Source: Macrostomum hystrix (Eukaryota > Animalia > Platyhelminthes). Taken from it: DNA of 64,000 bases. The DNA lies in the NCBI GenBank assembly GCA_950097015.1, contig CATNEN010000032.1, positions 620,001 to 684,000 of the forward strand. The letters run 5' to 3'. Made by a program: the position numbers and the translations under genes. Shown here one piece after another: positions 1-14,585 of the stretch (positions are counted from its first letter, which is position 1; each line of letters opens with the position of its first letter). Below the pieces are notes generated by a model. The model made no database searches. It had not been told where the DNA came from and saw nothing but the letters and a program-made list of their open reading frames with translations.

Positions 1-286
1 GCGCGGGAGAAAAATAACTGTTTTCGTTTCGTGTTTTTTTCACAGTCTTTGTGTCTGAAAGTGTGACCGCATGGACAATTGAATGGACTCGCTGTTATTT
101 GCCATGAATGAGCTCAGATCGGGAATGTTCGCTTCAGCAAACAAACCTAAAGCGGACTGGAGCTGTGAAATATTTTTGTTTGGGATCATGGAACAGTTCG
201 TGCCCAATGAGTCAGTCAAGGGGATTAAGGCCTTAGCGATTGAGACAGTTGGCGCCGACCTTGGGGTCCGTTTATTGCCATGGCTT

Positions 287-1457
<1,171 letters not shown>

Positions 1458-1802
1458 GCGGGAAAAGTATAGACTATTTAGTAATTGGAGCCTTGCCTGG
1501 CTAAATAGTTATTATGCCTGGTCGCTGTGGTCAGGCAGTCTGCCATTAAACTGTCCATCAAAGTGTCGATGACGTCACAACACTCTTGACAGACGTTTCC
1601 GCTTGACTAGCTGATCTCGTACCACCCGCTCCATGGTTGCAGATGAATTTCTGTGAGGCTGCAAACTTTGTTTCAAACCAGATCCGAGCCATGAGCTCCC
1701 AGCCAGACACAAAAATCCCTTGCCCTGGGGGAAAAAACGTTTTGGCTTGATTAGCTTTTTTACATCAGAAGTGGCGCTTTGAGTGCGAAATCTGAGTTTT
1801 AT

Positions 1803-1981
1803 AAACAGGAAGTGACCCAGTCTAACAGGGAGTGACCCAGTCTAACAGGGGGTGACCCAGTCTAACAGGGGGTGACCCAGTCTAACAGGGAGTGACCCAG
1901 TCTAACAGGGAGTGACCCAGTCTAACAGGGGGTGACCCAGTCTAACAGGGAGTGACCCAGTCTAACAGGGAGTGACCCAGT
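1803..1981. repeat. 20-bp minisatellite (GTGACCCAGTCTAACAGGGR), ~9 copies
   Basis: Direct tandem copies with period 20. Confidence 0.95.
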
Positions 1982-2924
1982 TTGCTTCATAACTTTTCTA
2001 AGATTTCTCCAGGGTAAGGCGGAATTAGGGAATTAGTTTTATGCACAAATATCGAAGCAACTTTCTTTATCAAAGAAAAATGTCGGACCTTAGCGACTGG
2101 CCCAGCAACACGCCATCGTGTGGCTCAACAAACAGCGGGACGCCCTTGCCGCCGCCTATTGTGGAAGGGCTCTATTCTCACCTTTCCATTGTTATAGCCA
2201 ATCGTTTTGCTAGCCAAGCCCCCCCGGACAACCCGCTTGCAAGGTGGCAAGGCCGCGCGCCCGGTGGGAGCCCCCCTAAGGCGATAATTTTTTTACAGGT
2301 AGACAATTTGTTTTCTCCTTTTTTGGTTCCGATGGCAGTGGGTGGGCTAGGAGGAGGGCTTGGATACAAGAGCTAGCTTTGACGCAGTTAGTTAATGTCT
2401 GTGCTTTAATGGCTGGCATTGAATTGAATGCCAAAATGTTAAACTATGAGCTTTATGGCCAGAAATTTCCATATTTCCCTCTAAAACTCTAAGAGGCTTC
2501 GATCGTGAATCCCGCGGGAGACGTCCGTGGCACATTGTGTGTGTGGGGGTGGGATAGAGTCGGGGAGAGTGTTCACTATAGTGACTTTTCTGTCATTGGA
2601 ACTATTTCTCCTCGTGTGGTTAGTTTCTTTGAGGCCAAAGGCGGCAAGACTAAAGGAAAGGAGCGAAATAAAATGCTGCAGTTTGGATGGGGCAGCGGAA
2701 CACGGCGACAAAGAGCTCTTAAGAATGCCTGCTTCGCTTAAAGCTGTTTCTACAAAAATGCAACATACGCATTACATATACACTGGAAAAACTGACCTAA
2801 TACGCTTGTAAAACTGCTTAAAAAGCAAGAAATTTGAGACTAAATGAAAGAAACAAATAAAAAAGAAAGTATAGCAAAAGTTGAAGAAGGAAGGAAAAAA
2901 AGAATTAATACAAAAGGGAAGAGG

Positions 2925-3125
2925 AAAGGGTGAAGAGGGAAGGGGGGAGAGGGAAGAGGGAAAGGAAAGAGGAAAGGGTGAAGAGGGAAGAGGGAAGAGG
3001 GAAGAGGGAAGAGGGAAGAGGGAAGAGGGAAAGGAAAGAGGGAAGAGGGAAGAGGAAAGGGTGAAGAGGGAAGAGGGAAGGGGGAAGAGGGAAGAGGGAA
3101 GAGGGAAGAGGGAAGAGGGAAGAGA
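2925..3125. repeat. GA-rich low-complexity tract (GGAAGAG-like units)
   Basis: Almost pure purine run; source of the E/G/R/K-rich ORF. Confidence 0.9.
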
Positions 3126-5093
3126 TAATTTAAAGCCAGGGATCAGGAAAGAGGGGAGTGAAAATATTTATTTGCAAGTTCTACTTTCTTCGAAAAGAGT
3201 CAGACAAAGTTTTGTGAAACGCTTTGGGATCTAGCCAATGGTATTTCAAGCAGGCACAAAGATGACTAAAGGCAATAAAAAACTGTAACAATGTCGCAAC
3301 TTTACACTCCGAAGCAAATCGTTGTTGGGAGTTTCTTCTAGAAAAAAAATTATCCCAACTACCAGACAATCAGTCTGTGCCACCAGACATAAGTTAAAAT
3401 ATTTCACACACTTTGCCACCAATACAGGATAACTGAAACTATGGGAATTGGTTCAGCCAACCAGTCGCTATTTGTATCTTATCTTTGGTTGCGTCAGCGC
3501 CCAGTCTTTACCTCGAACGATCGTTGCTAGGAATTTGTCCCCATTTGTTCGATGCAAATAATTTCCCGCGACAACTATTGTACAATAAACTTTTCTTAGC
3601 TATCTGGGCAGGAATTCCGCCCGGACACTGTCGTGACTTCTTGGGTGGGGGTGACTCTGCGAGTCTGCTGTCCAGCACAGATACTAATTGCGGCTGGGAC
3701 TGCACAAATGACTCATGCTGTCACTTGCCCATCTACTCTATTCGGGACTGTGTCAATTGATGCTTTTTCTTGGAAGTCACTTCACCCTGGCTCCGTTCCC
3801 ACCACGGCCCCCATAATAACTCTTAAGGTGAGGAAAATTCCGATGGGAGCGCTCGAACAAATTGGTGCACAATAAACCGCAGCGGAGCCAAAATGAACCG
3901 CTGGTCGCTTGCGGGTAACAAAAAATCCCAATTACTGAGACTGCCGCATGCTCAAAGATTGCCTGCTCTCGTAGAGTAGATTGCTTCCCAATTCTCCCTT
4001 GCCTTGGATTCAGTCACATCACTTACTCAGCATCAGGAGCTGGGATTGTGGGCACGCTCTGCAAATCCGCCAGTCCCACTCTGTCTCTCCCCTCCTCCCA
4101 TCTCCTTTGATCCCTGCACACTTGCGGAGTCCGGCCAGCTTTTGCAAAAAATTCGTGCTGCTGTGTGAGTGGCGCCGGTGCGAGCGGGTTGGGATTTGAT
4201 GGGGATTTAGCCGGCCGGGCCTACAACAGTGTGACGTAATAGCTCAAGCAGTGCCTGCCCCTGTTGTATTTTTCCCTCCTAAAAGTCGGAGCCAAAGTAA
4301 GCAGTGATTGAGTGAATAGTGAGTTTTAGTCAACACTATTTAGTATCCTCTAACCTCCAATTGCACTTTTCCTAGCGATATTGCATTTCACTGCATCTGC
4401 AGTTGAACGGACATGTACTAACTGCATAAGGGGATATTTTCCCCTCTTACCATTATCGATTTTCAACCCACCTGGAGCCGCATAGAGACATCTAGATAAC
4501 TCAATCCCGTCCCCATGCAGCATCGCCTGTGTGGGATTGCAAAGAAATCATTTCAAGGAAATTTGAGTAGCTCTCAGTTGAGATTGCAAAATGGGATAAA
4601 GACTGGGATTGCATACTAGCGTTGTACGATTGCTAGCAACTATACACTGCCTAGGGCTGCAGCGGAATTGGCTTTTACCGGTATTAACTTCTACTTTCAC
4701 TGATCATGTAGTTTTTTTTTATTTCGCTAGTAATGTCGCTAAACAATGGACCCGTTTATAACTGTTTGCGAGAGCTAAACACAATGAGCTGTCAATCAAA
4801 CTTTCCTTGTCAAGCCAGTGGGAGCTTCTGGCGCAAAGTCGAAATCAAGAATTTAATAAAATAATAGCTGATCTCTGCAATCTCTGCATTGTTGACTGTG
4901 AGCGCAATTAACATTGATACGTGAGTGGGGGAGAAGTGGGCCAATAATATCCCAACCAGATGTCAATGCTTGAATAGTCATTGTGGAGTTAAAATCGTGA
5001 TTCTTTTCATTTCAAACCCTTAATTGGTGAATTGATTAATTAAATAAGTTTGGCATTGCTTTGTATATTTCAGCATCTGGCTAGCGTGCTCGT

Positions 5094-5655
<562 letters not shown>

Positions 5656-6036
5656 GGTATGTAATTCTAGGCACACATAAAATAAATAGAAAAGTTTTAT
5701 TCACCATTCTCGAAGCTACGTGAATGCAAAAACGTCAAACAGCTGTCAAGAATTAAGGCCATCATAAGACGACCTGCTCCGGTCAGGCACGCATGAGGAC
5801 CGAAAACATTGTTTTTAAATGTTTGACCCAAACCGATGCACAATAGGCACCGAACTGAACAATATACAGCTACCCAGCAGTGTAAATAAGTCGCATTTTC
5901 TATTTCTACTCATTTGTGACATCTTTTGTGGGCAAGGGTCTTTTCATACTTTTAATGACAGCTCATGGGACAGTTAGATGAGACTTTGAGCCTGTGACAC
6001 TGTGCCTTCTTACATACTAGCCAATCTTAGACTCGG

Positions 6037-6166
<130 letters not shown>

Positions 6167-6606
6167 GTAGCTCTCTTTCAATCCCCCAGTAGTACATTTA
6201 ATGTCCGAGAAAAGGTCAGTTTCCTTGTAGAAAGTTGAAATTCAGTGATAAGTCAGTTGTCCCCCCAACTGCAGTTGGAAAAAAACTGACAGTGGGCCAT
6301 GCCTGTTGCATCCTAATTGTCCGCCGTTTCATAGTCTTTCCCCCATTCTCCCTCTGCATATTTGGACAAGGTTTTTTCGACCTGATAAGGCCGCGGCCCG
6401 CTTGTCTCTCCTGCTGTTCTTCCTGTACAGCGGCAACTTCTTCCAGGGCAGCTGACTGCGCAGATGACAATCTGACCCCGCCATCTCCAGCATGCAGGCA
6501 TTTTCCCATGAGGATCTTGTCCCACAGCCAGGATTTGCTGATCGGTCGCCTAAACTCCACTCTGTTCGAACCAGTGTCCCAAATTTCAGTTCATGATCAG
6601 TTCTGG

Positions 6607-7298
6607 TGAGATGAGACTCGGGTGAGATGAGACAGGGGAGTGATAAGACACGGGAGAGATGAGACTCGGGTGAGATGAGACTCGGGTGAGATGAGACAGG
6701 GGAGTGATAAGACACGGAGAGATTCGACAGGGGGAGAGATGAGACAGGTGAGAGATGAGACAGGGGAGAGATGAGACACGGGTGAGATGAGATAGGGGAG
6801 TGATAAGACACGGGAGAGATGAGACAGGTGAGAGATGAGACAGGGGAGAGATTAGACAGGGGAGAGATGGGACAGGGGAGAGATGAGACACGGGTGAGAT
6901 GAGACAGGGGAGTGATAAGACACGGGTGAGATTAGACAGGGGAGAGATTAGACACGGGTGAGATGAGACAGGGGAGTGATAAAACACGGGAGAGATTAGA
7001 CAGGGGGAGAAATGAGACAGGTGAGAGATGAGACACGGGTGAGATTAGACAGGGGAGAGATTAGACAGGGGATAGATGAGACAGGGGAGAGATGAGACAC
7101 GGGTGAGATGAGACAGGGGAGTGATAAGACACGGAGAGATTCGACAGGGGGAGAGATGAGACAGGTGAGAGATGAGACAGGGGAGAGATGAGACACGGGT
7201 GAGATGAGATAGGGGAGTGATAAGACACGGGAGAGATGAGACAGGTGAGAGATGAGACAGGGGAGAGATTAGACACGGGAGAGATGATACACGGGTGA
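6607..7298. repeat. Composite GAGATGAGACA(G/C)GGG minisatellite, copy 1
   Basis: Irregular 16-20 bp units built on GAGATGAGACA; same family as 33284-34260. Confidence 0.92.
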
Positions 7299-8004
7299 GC
7301 TCCGTGGACCGCAGATCGCAGTGTTCCAGCCATAAACAGGTCCCAAAGGAGTTCTAAAAATAGCATCTATTTGAATTATGTGCGGAGCAGCCCGATTCTT
7401 AATAACCCAGTCTGCATTCTTGCCCGGCTCGTCTCGAATAAATTCCGGGGGCAAACAATTGCTCGCATATTGCCCCCCCACAAGCCTCCTAGCTGTGATC
7501 CCTTATTAAACACCGGGCAGAGAATCCGCTGCCGCTGACACCAGATGAAGCTGAAGATCATCTTGAGCCTCTGCCAGAAAATGGGCTTCCAACACGAACT
7601 AATCATGCGCGATCCCGCCCTAAACCCTGCCACTTAAATAACTGCTACCAATGGTCAGTTCGTTAGATTCCTCGATCCCTTGTTGAGAAGTGGGGAAGCA
7701 ATCTGAGCACACCCGGCTCAAGTCTACTCGAGTCAAGCCAGCCCACAATGTTACATCATTTATAAGAGAGAGGTCGCCCCACTCCAGTCTCTCGGCTTCC
7801 TGTCTGTACTCTCACCTCCTCCTCATCTCTTCCACATCTAGCAGTCTGTTCAAATGAGAGCCCAGAGTGTGATACGGCTGAGGGATTCGAGGGCCAAGTT
7901 GAGATTTCTGCTGAATGCACTGCGTGCAATTTCTCAAACCTCTGTCTGCTTCCTTTATTAGGGTTCGTATTTTTAGCCTGCTCAAACTCCGCCTTCTCAC
8001 CATC

Positions 8005-8825
8005 TATCTATCCCTATCACTCTCCCTCTCATCCTCTGCCTCCCTTCCCATCACTCTCCCTCCCTTTCACTCTCCCTCCCTTTCACTCTCCCTCCCTTTC
8101 ACTCTCCCTCCCTTTCACTCTCCCTCCCTTTCACTCTCCCTCCCTTTCACTCTCCCTCCCTTTCACTCTCCCTCCCTTTCACTCTCCCTCCCTTTCACTC
8201 TCCCTCCCTTTCACTCTCCCTCCCTTTCACTCTCCCTCCCTTTCACTCTCCCTCCTTTCCCCTTTCATTCTCCCTCCCTTCCCCTTCTACTCTCCCTCCC
8301 TTTCACTCTCCCTCCCTTTCACTCTCCCTCCCTTCTCCTTTCACTCTCCCTCCCTTTCACTCTCCCTCCCTTTCACTCTCCCTCCTTTCCCCTTTCATTC
8401 TCCCTCCCTTCCCCTTTCACTCTCCCTCCCTTCCTCTTTCACTCTCCCTCCCTTCCCCTTTCACTCTCCCTCCCTTCCCCTTTCACTCTCCCTCCCTTCC
8501 CCTTTCACTCTCCCTCCCTTCCTCTTTCACTCTCCCTCCCTTCCCCTTCTACTCTCCCTCCCTTCCCCTTTCACTCTCCCTCCCTTCCCCTTTCACTCTC
8601 CCTCCCTTCCCCTTTCACTCTCCCTCCCTTCCTCTTTCACTCTCCCTCCCTTCCCCTTTCACTCTCCCTCCCTTCCCCTTTCACTCTCCCTCCCTTCCCC
8701 TTTCACTCTCCCTGACTCCCCTTCCACTCTCCCTCCCCCTTCCACTCTCCCTCCCCCTTCCACTCTCCCTCCCCCTTCCACTCTCCCTCCCTTTCACCAT
8801 CTCTCCCTCTATTTCACTTTCACTC
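8005..8825. repeat. CT-rich polypyrimidine tandem tract (TTTCACTCTCCCTCCC-like)
   Basis: Nearly all C/T; source of the S/L/P/F-rich ORF 7915-8715. Confidence 0.93.
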
Positions 8826-9584
8826 TACCCTCTGCCATCACAAGCTTACCCTGCACCAAAGCGGTCAATGCTTAATCTATCAAAGAAAGTACACCATTCT
8901 CTAAAAGGCTAGATTTGGCCATATAGCTCGTATCTTTACAATAAATGCAGACAGCAGTGCTATTTCATTAGCATAAATGGAGCATATTTTCATAGAAAAG
9001 GCCTCAGACTCAAGCTCAAGAAGGAAGTGAACGGCCGATTGCAAGTGTGAACTCGGAGAGTCCGCCCTTCATATTGATATCCCAGGTCTCAGCCTTATCC
9101 CCGATGCAGTAAATTTTTTTATTTCCCATCAGTTTATAACTGACTCCTCGGAAGCAGCAATAAATGCTTGGGATTTCTTTTGCAGTCTGAGTCACGGATT
9201 CCACTGGCTGCTGTCACTCAAAACTCAAACTGAGGCCGATGGGACTCTAATAAGCAGACTTGGAGGCTTAAGCTTGGAGAGCGCGATGGAGTGTGAGAAT
9301 GGGAGATATTTTGGCCTGTAAAAGAGCCATTTATTTATATTGCTAGGTGTATTTAGGAAGAATATACGCCAGATGGACCGATTAGGGACCTCTTCCGTCA
9401 GATTTTCGACCATACTAAATCATCATTTTTCAGGGAGGGACGGCAGGTAACGCTCTTCTCATAGCTGTTCTCAATGGGTGAGGGTATCAGGCCGCGATAG
9501 TTATCCCCCCCGGTTTTCACCACCGGCCTTACTCAATGCCTTTTGCATCGCAGAACCTTATTCTGATGATTTCACTCTCTCCCA

Positions 9585-10617
9585 CGCTCTCACTGCCTCT
9601 CACTGTCTCTCCCTGTCTCTCACTGTCTCTCACTGTCTCTCACTGTCTCTCACTGTCTCTCACTGCCTCTCACTGTCTCTCACTGTCTCTCACTGTCTCT
9701 CACTGTCTCTCACTGTCTCTCACTGCCTCTCACTGCCTCTCACTGCCTCTCCCTGTCTCTCACTGCCTCTCCCTGTCTCTCACTGTCTCTCACTGTCTCT
9801 CCCTGTCTCTCACTGCCTCTCCCTGTCTCTCACTGTCTCTCACTGCCTCTCACTGTCTCTCCCTGTCTCTCACTGCCTCTCCCTGTCTCTCACTGTCTCT
9901 CACTGTCTCTCACTGTCTCTCACTGTCTCTCACTGTCTCTCACTGTCTCTCACTGTCTCTCACTGTCTCTCACTGTCTCTCCCTGTCTCTCACTGTCTCT
10001 CACTGCCTCTCACTGTCTCTCCCTGTCTCTCACTGTCTCTCCCTGTCTCTCACTGTCTCTCACTGTCTCTCACTGTCTCTCACTGTCTCTCACTGTCTCT
10101 CACTGTCTCTCACTGTCTCTCACTGCCTCTCACTGTCTCTCACTGTTTCTCACTGTCTCTCACTGTCTCTCACTGTCTCTCACTGCCTCTCACTGTCTCT
10201 CCCTGTCTCTCACTGTCTCTCACTGTTTCTCACTGTCTCTCACTGTCTCTCACTGCCTCTCACTGTCTCTCACTGTCTCTCCCTGTCTCTCCCTGTCTCT
10301 CACTGTCTCTCCCTGTCTCTCCCTGTCTCTCACTGTCTCTCACTGCCTCTCACTGTCTCTCCCTGTCTCTCACTGTCTCTCCCTGTCTCTCACTGTCTCT
10401 CACTGTCTCTCACTGTCTCTCACTGTCTCTCACTGCCTCTCACTGTCTCTCACTGTCTCTCACTGTCTCTCACTGTCTCTCACTGTTTCTCACTGTCTCT
10501 CACTGTCTCTCACTGCCTCTCACTGTTTCTCACTGTCTCTCACTGTCTCTCACTGTCTCTCACTGTCTCTCACTGTCTCTCACTGTCTCTCTCTGTCTCT
10601 CACTGTCTCTCTGTCTC
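9585..10617. repeat. 10-bp minisatellite (CACTGTCTCT)n
   Basis: ~100 copies, period 10. Confidence 0.97.
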
Positions 10618-11056
10618 CATCTCTCCGCCAGATATTTCTCTGTACCTCGTTCATCCATCTCGCTGTCCTACAGTGGGTCAGTCGTTCATAAATTGAGTAT
10701 GAAAATAGGGTGACACTAAGAAGCGGAATTGAATTTGCCTCTTATTTCCCATCAATATACATCCAAATTTAGATATTAAGGCCAGCATGAAACATCACGG
10801 CTTTGAGAGCATCGGAGCTAACCGTACAGAAATGACGTGAGTAAGGGCCTCAGGCTGCGGCACATTTTGACCCAGTAGAGTGACAGCTAATCGAGTTACT
10901 GGTTGGGCTTGGCACATGTCTGCCATGCTAATCTATGTAGTGAGCGATGCATGCGGATGCATGGAAGTACATGTTGGATGAAGGATAAGCATTAGGCGTC
11001 TGGTAGTGAGCGGATATAGGAAATATTTCATTTTGCAGCAATGCATAGCGTTGCTT

Positions 11057-12548
11057 TCGGCGATCCACAAACTCAATAAACCCAGAATTCGGCGATCCAC
11101 AAACTCAATAAACCCAGAATTCGGCGATCCACAAACTCAATGAACCCAGAATTCGTCGATCCACAAACTCAATGAACCCAGAATTCGTCGATCCACAAAC
11201 TCAATGAACCCGGAATTCGTCGATCCACAAACTCAATGAACCCAGAATTCGTCGATCCACAAACTCAATGAACCCAGAATTCGGCGATCCAAAAACTCAA
11301 TAAACCCAGAATTCGGCGATCCACAAACTCAATGAAACCAGAATTCGGCGACCCACAAACTCGATAAACCCAGAATTCAGCAACCCACAAACTCAATGAA
11401 CCCAGAATTCGGCGATCTACAAACTCAATGAACCCAGAATTCGGCGATCCACAAACTCAATGAAACCAGAATTCGGCGATCCACAAACTCAATGAAACCA
11501 GAATTCGGCGACCCACAAACTCGATAAACCCAGAATTCAGCAAACCACAAACTCAATGAACCCAGAATTCAGCAACCCACAAACTCAATGAACCCAGAAT
11601 TCGGCGATCTACAAACTCAATGAACCCAGAATTCGGCGATCCACAAACTCAATGAACCCGGAATTCGGCGATCTAAAACTCGATAAACCTAGACTTCGGC
11701 GACCCACAAATTCAATGAACCCAGAATTCGGTGACCCACAAACTCAATGAAACCAGAATTCGGCGACCCACAAACTCAATGAACCCAGAATTCGGCGACC
11801 CACAAACTCAATGAACCCAGAATTCGGCGACCCACAAACTCAATGAACCCAGAATTCGGCGACCCACAAACTCAATGAACCCAGAATTCGGCGATCCACA
11901 AACTCAATGAACCCGGAATTCGGCGATCTACAAACTCAATGAACCCAGAATTCAGCAACCCACAAACTCGATAAACCCAGAATTCAGCAACCCACAAACT
12001 CAATAAACCCAGAATTCAGCAACCCACAAACTCAATGAACCCAGAATTCGGCGATCTACAAACTCAATGAACCCAGAAATTCGGCGATCTACAAACTCAA
12101 TGAACCCAGAAATTCGGCGATCTACAAACTCAATGAACCCAGAAATTCGGCGATCTACAAACTCAATGAACCCAGAAATTCGGCGATCTACAAACTCAAT
12201 GAACCCAGAAATTCGGCGATCTACAAACTCAATGAACCCAGAATTCGGCGATCCACAAACTCAATGAACCCGGAATTCGGCGATCTAAAACTCGATAAAC
12301 CTAGACTTGGGCGACCCACAAACTCAATGAACCCAGAATTCGGCGACCCACAAACTCAATGAACCCAGAATTCGGCGATCCACAAACTCAATGAACCCGG
12401 AATTCGGCGATCTAAAACTCGATAAACCTAGACTTGGGCGACCCACAAACTCAATGAACCCAGAATTCGGCGACCCACAAACTCAATGAACCCAGAAATT
12501 CGGCGATCTACAAACTCAATGAACCCAGAATTCGGCGATCCACGAATT
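11057..12548. repeat. 32-bp satellite (CCCAGAATTCGGCGATCCACAAACTCAATGAA), left arm
   Basis: Period 32 (e.g. 11081 to 11113); a block of 33-bp variants near 12067-12240; most units contain GAATTC. Confidence 0.96.
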
Positions 12549-12804
12549 CTCTAGCTCTTTAATTTTTGGGTTTCTCTTTAATGGTCTGTTCCTAGAGGAG
12601 GCCCTTGGTTTCTATTGGTAGTCTAGATGTTTAGTGGCAGTCTCGGTGACTCGAAGGCTATAACTATAAGCACAACTATCGATACTCAGTAACACTACTG
12701 GTGGTACTAATATAGCTCAAAGACTAGCTCTCTAAAAATCGCGGCGGTGGCTCGCGCCCAGCTCTGCCTTACATTTTCTTTTCAAACCCCTCTTTTCGGG
12801 GTGG

Positions 12805-13557
12805 TGTAAAATTCTTGCCAACATTACAAAAGATAGTTTGTGAAGATTAGGGTCGCAGCCCGGAGTACTTGGGTGTTAGGCACACCAACCCCTCTCCCCC
12901 TCATCAGGTCCAGGCCTTCTCCAGCTCTCGTCTCCAGGTGTGGTCCAGGCCGGCTCCGCCTCATCTCGTGGTCCTTGGGTTCGACGTCCGCCTCGGATCG
13001 ATTCTCCTCCTGTCGGTCTCCACCGCAGGCCGGTTCGGGCCGGTTCCGATTTTGCTGTCGGTCCAGGCCGACCAAGTTTGCGCTGTAATTGGATGGGTGG
13101 GCCCTAGGCGTGTCTTCATCTCTCTGCTGTCCAGTGCTTGCTGCTGTCCGGTGCTTGCTGCTGTCCGGTGCTTGCTGCTGTCCGGTGCTTGCTGCTGTCC
13201 GGTGCTTGCTGCTGTCCAGTGCTTGCTGCTGTCCGGTGCTTGCTGCTGTCCGGTGCTTGCTGCTGTCCGGTGCTTGCTGCTGTCCAGTGCTTGCTGCTGT
13301 CCGGTGCTTGCTGCTGTCCGGTGCTTGCTGCTGTCCGGTGCTTGCTGCTGTCCGGTGCTTGCTGCTGTCCAGTGCTTGCTGCTGTCCAGTGCTTGCTGCT
13401 GTCCAGTGCTTGCTGCTGTCCAGTGCTTGCTGCTGTCCAGTGCTTGCTGCTGTCCAGTGCTTGCTGCTGTCCAGTGCTTGCTGCTGTCCAGTGCTTGCTG
13501 CTGTCCAGTGCTTGCTGCTGTCCGGTGCTTGCCCTCTCGGCTGTTGCCAAGTTTACA
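12805..13557 (+). mobile_element. LTR-like segment (TGT...ACA) with upstream purine tract, inserted in the 32-bp satellite
   Basis: Starts TGTAAAATTCTTGCCAACA and ends TGTTGCCAAGTTTACA (imperfect terminal inverted repeat); preceded by GGGGTGG (PPT-like). No target-site duplication seen and no coding region. Confidence 0.4.
13123..13532. repeat. 17-bp minisatellite (CTGCTGTCC(G/A)GTGCTTG)n
   Basis: Period 17, ~24 copies, inside the LTR-like segment. Confidence 0.96.
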
Positions 13558-13617
13558 CAAAGTTGATGTAGAGCTCTATTATGCTCCTTTCAGATTTCTA
13601 ACTCTTATAAATTCGAC

Positions 13618-14585
13618 TAACCCAGAATTGAGAAATCCACAAACTCAATAAACCCAGAATTCGTCTATCCACAAACTCAATAAACCCGGAATTCGTCTAT
13701 CCACAAACTCAATAAACCCGGAATTCGTCTATCCACAAACTCAATAAACCCAGAATTCGTCTATCCACAAACTCAATAAACCCAGAATTCGTCTATCCAC
13801 AAACTCAATAAACCCAGAATTCGGCGATCCACAAACTCAATAAACCCAGAATTCGGCGATCCACAAACTCAATAAACCCAGAATTCAGCAACCCACAAAC
13901 TCAATAAACCCAGAATTCAGCAACCCACAAACTCGATAAACCCAGAATTCAGCAACCCACAAACTCAATAAACCCAGAATTCAGCAACCCACAAACTCAA
14001 TAAACCCAGAATTCAGCAACCCACAAACTCGATAAACCCAGAATTCAGCAACCCACAAACTCGATAAACCCAGAATTCAGCAACCCACAAACTCGATAAA
14101 CCCAGAATTCAGCAACCCACAAACTCAATAAACCCAGAATTCAGCAACCCACAAACTCAATAAACCCAGAATTCGTCGATCCACAAACTCAATAAACCCG
14201 GAATTCGTCGATCCACAAACTCAATAAACCCAGAATTCGTCGATCCACAAACTCAATAAACCCGGAATTCGTCGATCCACAAACTCGATAAACCCAGAAT
14301 TCAGCAACCCACAAACTCGATAAACCCAGAATTCAGCAACCAACAAACTCGATAAACCCAGAATTCAGCAACCCACAAACTCGATAAACCCAGAATTCAG
14401 CAACCCACAAACTCAATAAACCCAGAATTCAGCAACCCACAAACTTGATAAACCCAGAATTCAGCAACCCACAAACTTGATAAACCCAGAATTCAGCAAC
14501 CCACAAACTCGATAAACGCAGAATTCAGCAACCGACAAACTCGATAAACCCAGAATTCAGCGATCCACAAATTTGATGAACCCAA
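13618..14585. repeat. 32-bp satellite, right arm
   Basis: Same unit as 11057-12548, dominated by TCAGCAACCCAC and TCGTCTATCCAC variants. Confidence 0.95.

Noticed and set aside
6216-8003. Possible retrotransposon coding remnants flanking the GA repeat
   Set aside because: Frames are short and stop-ridden, and I found no RT, integrase or endonuclease motif I can name.
9478-10713. 411-aa and 386-aa S/L/C/H-rich ORFs
   Set aside because: Translations of the 10-bp tandem repeat; open only because the unit has no stop codon.
12869-13651. Cys-rich keratin-associated-like ORFs
   Set aside because: 17-bp repeat translated in multiple frames.
11057-14585. CRISPR-like 32-bp repeats
   Set aside because: Units are head-to-tail with no unique spacers, there are no cas genes, and the context is eukaryotic.
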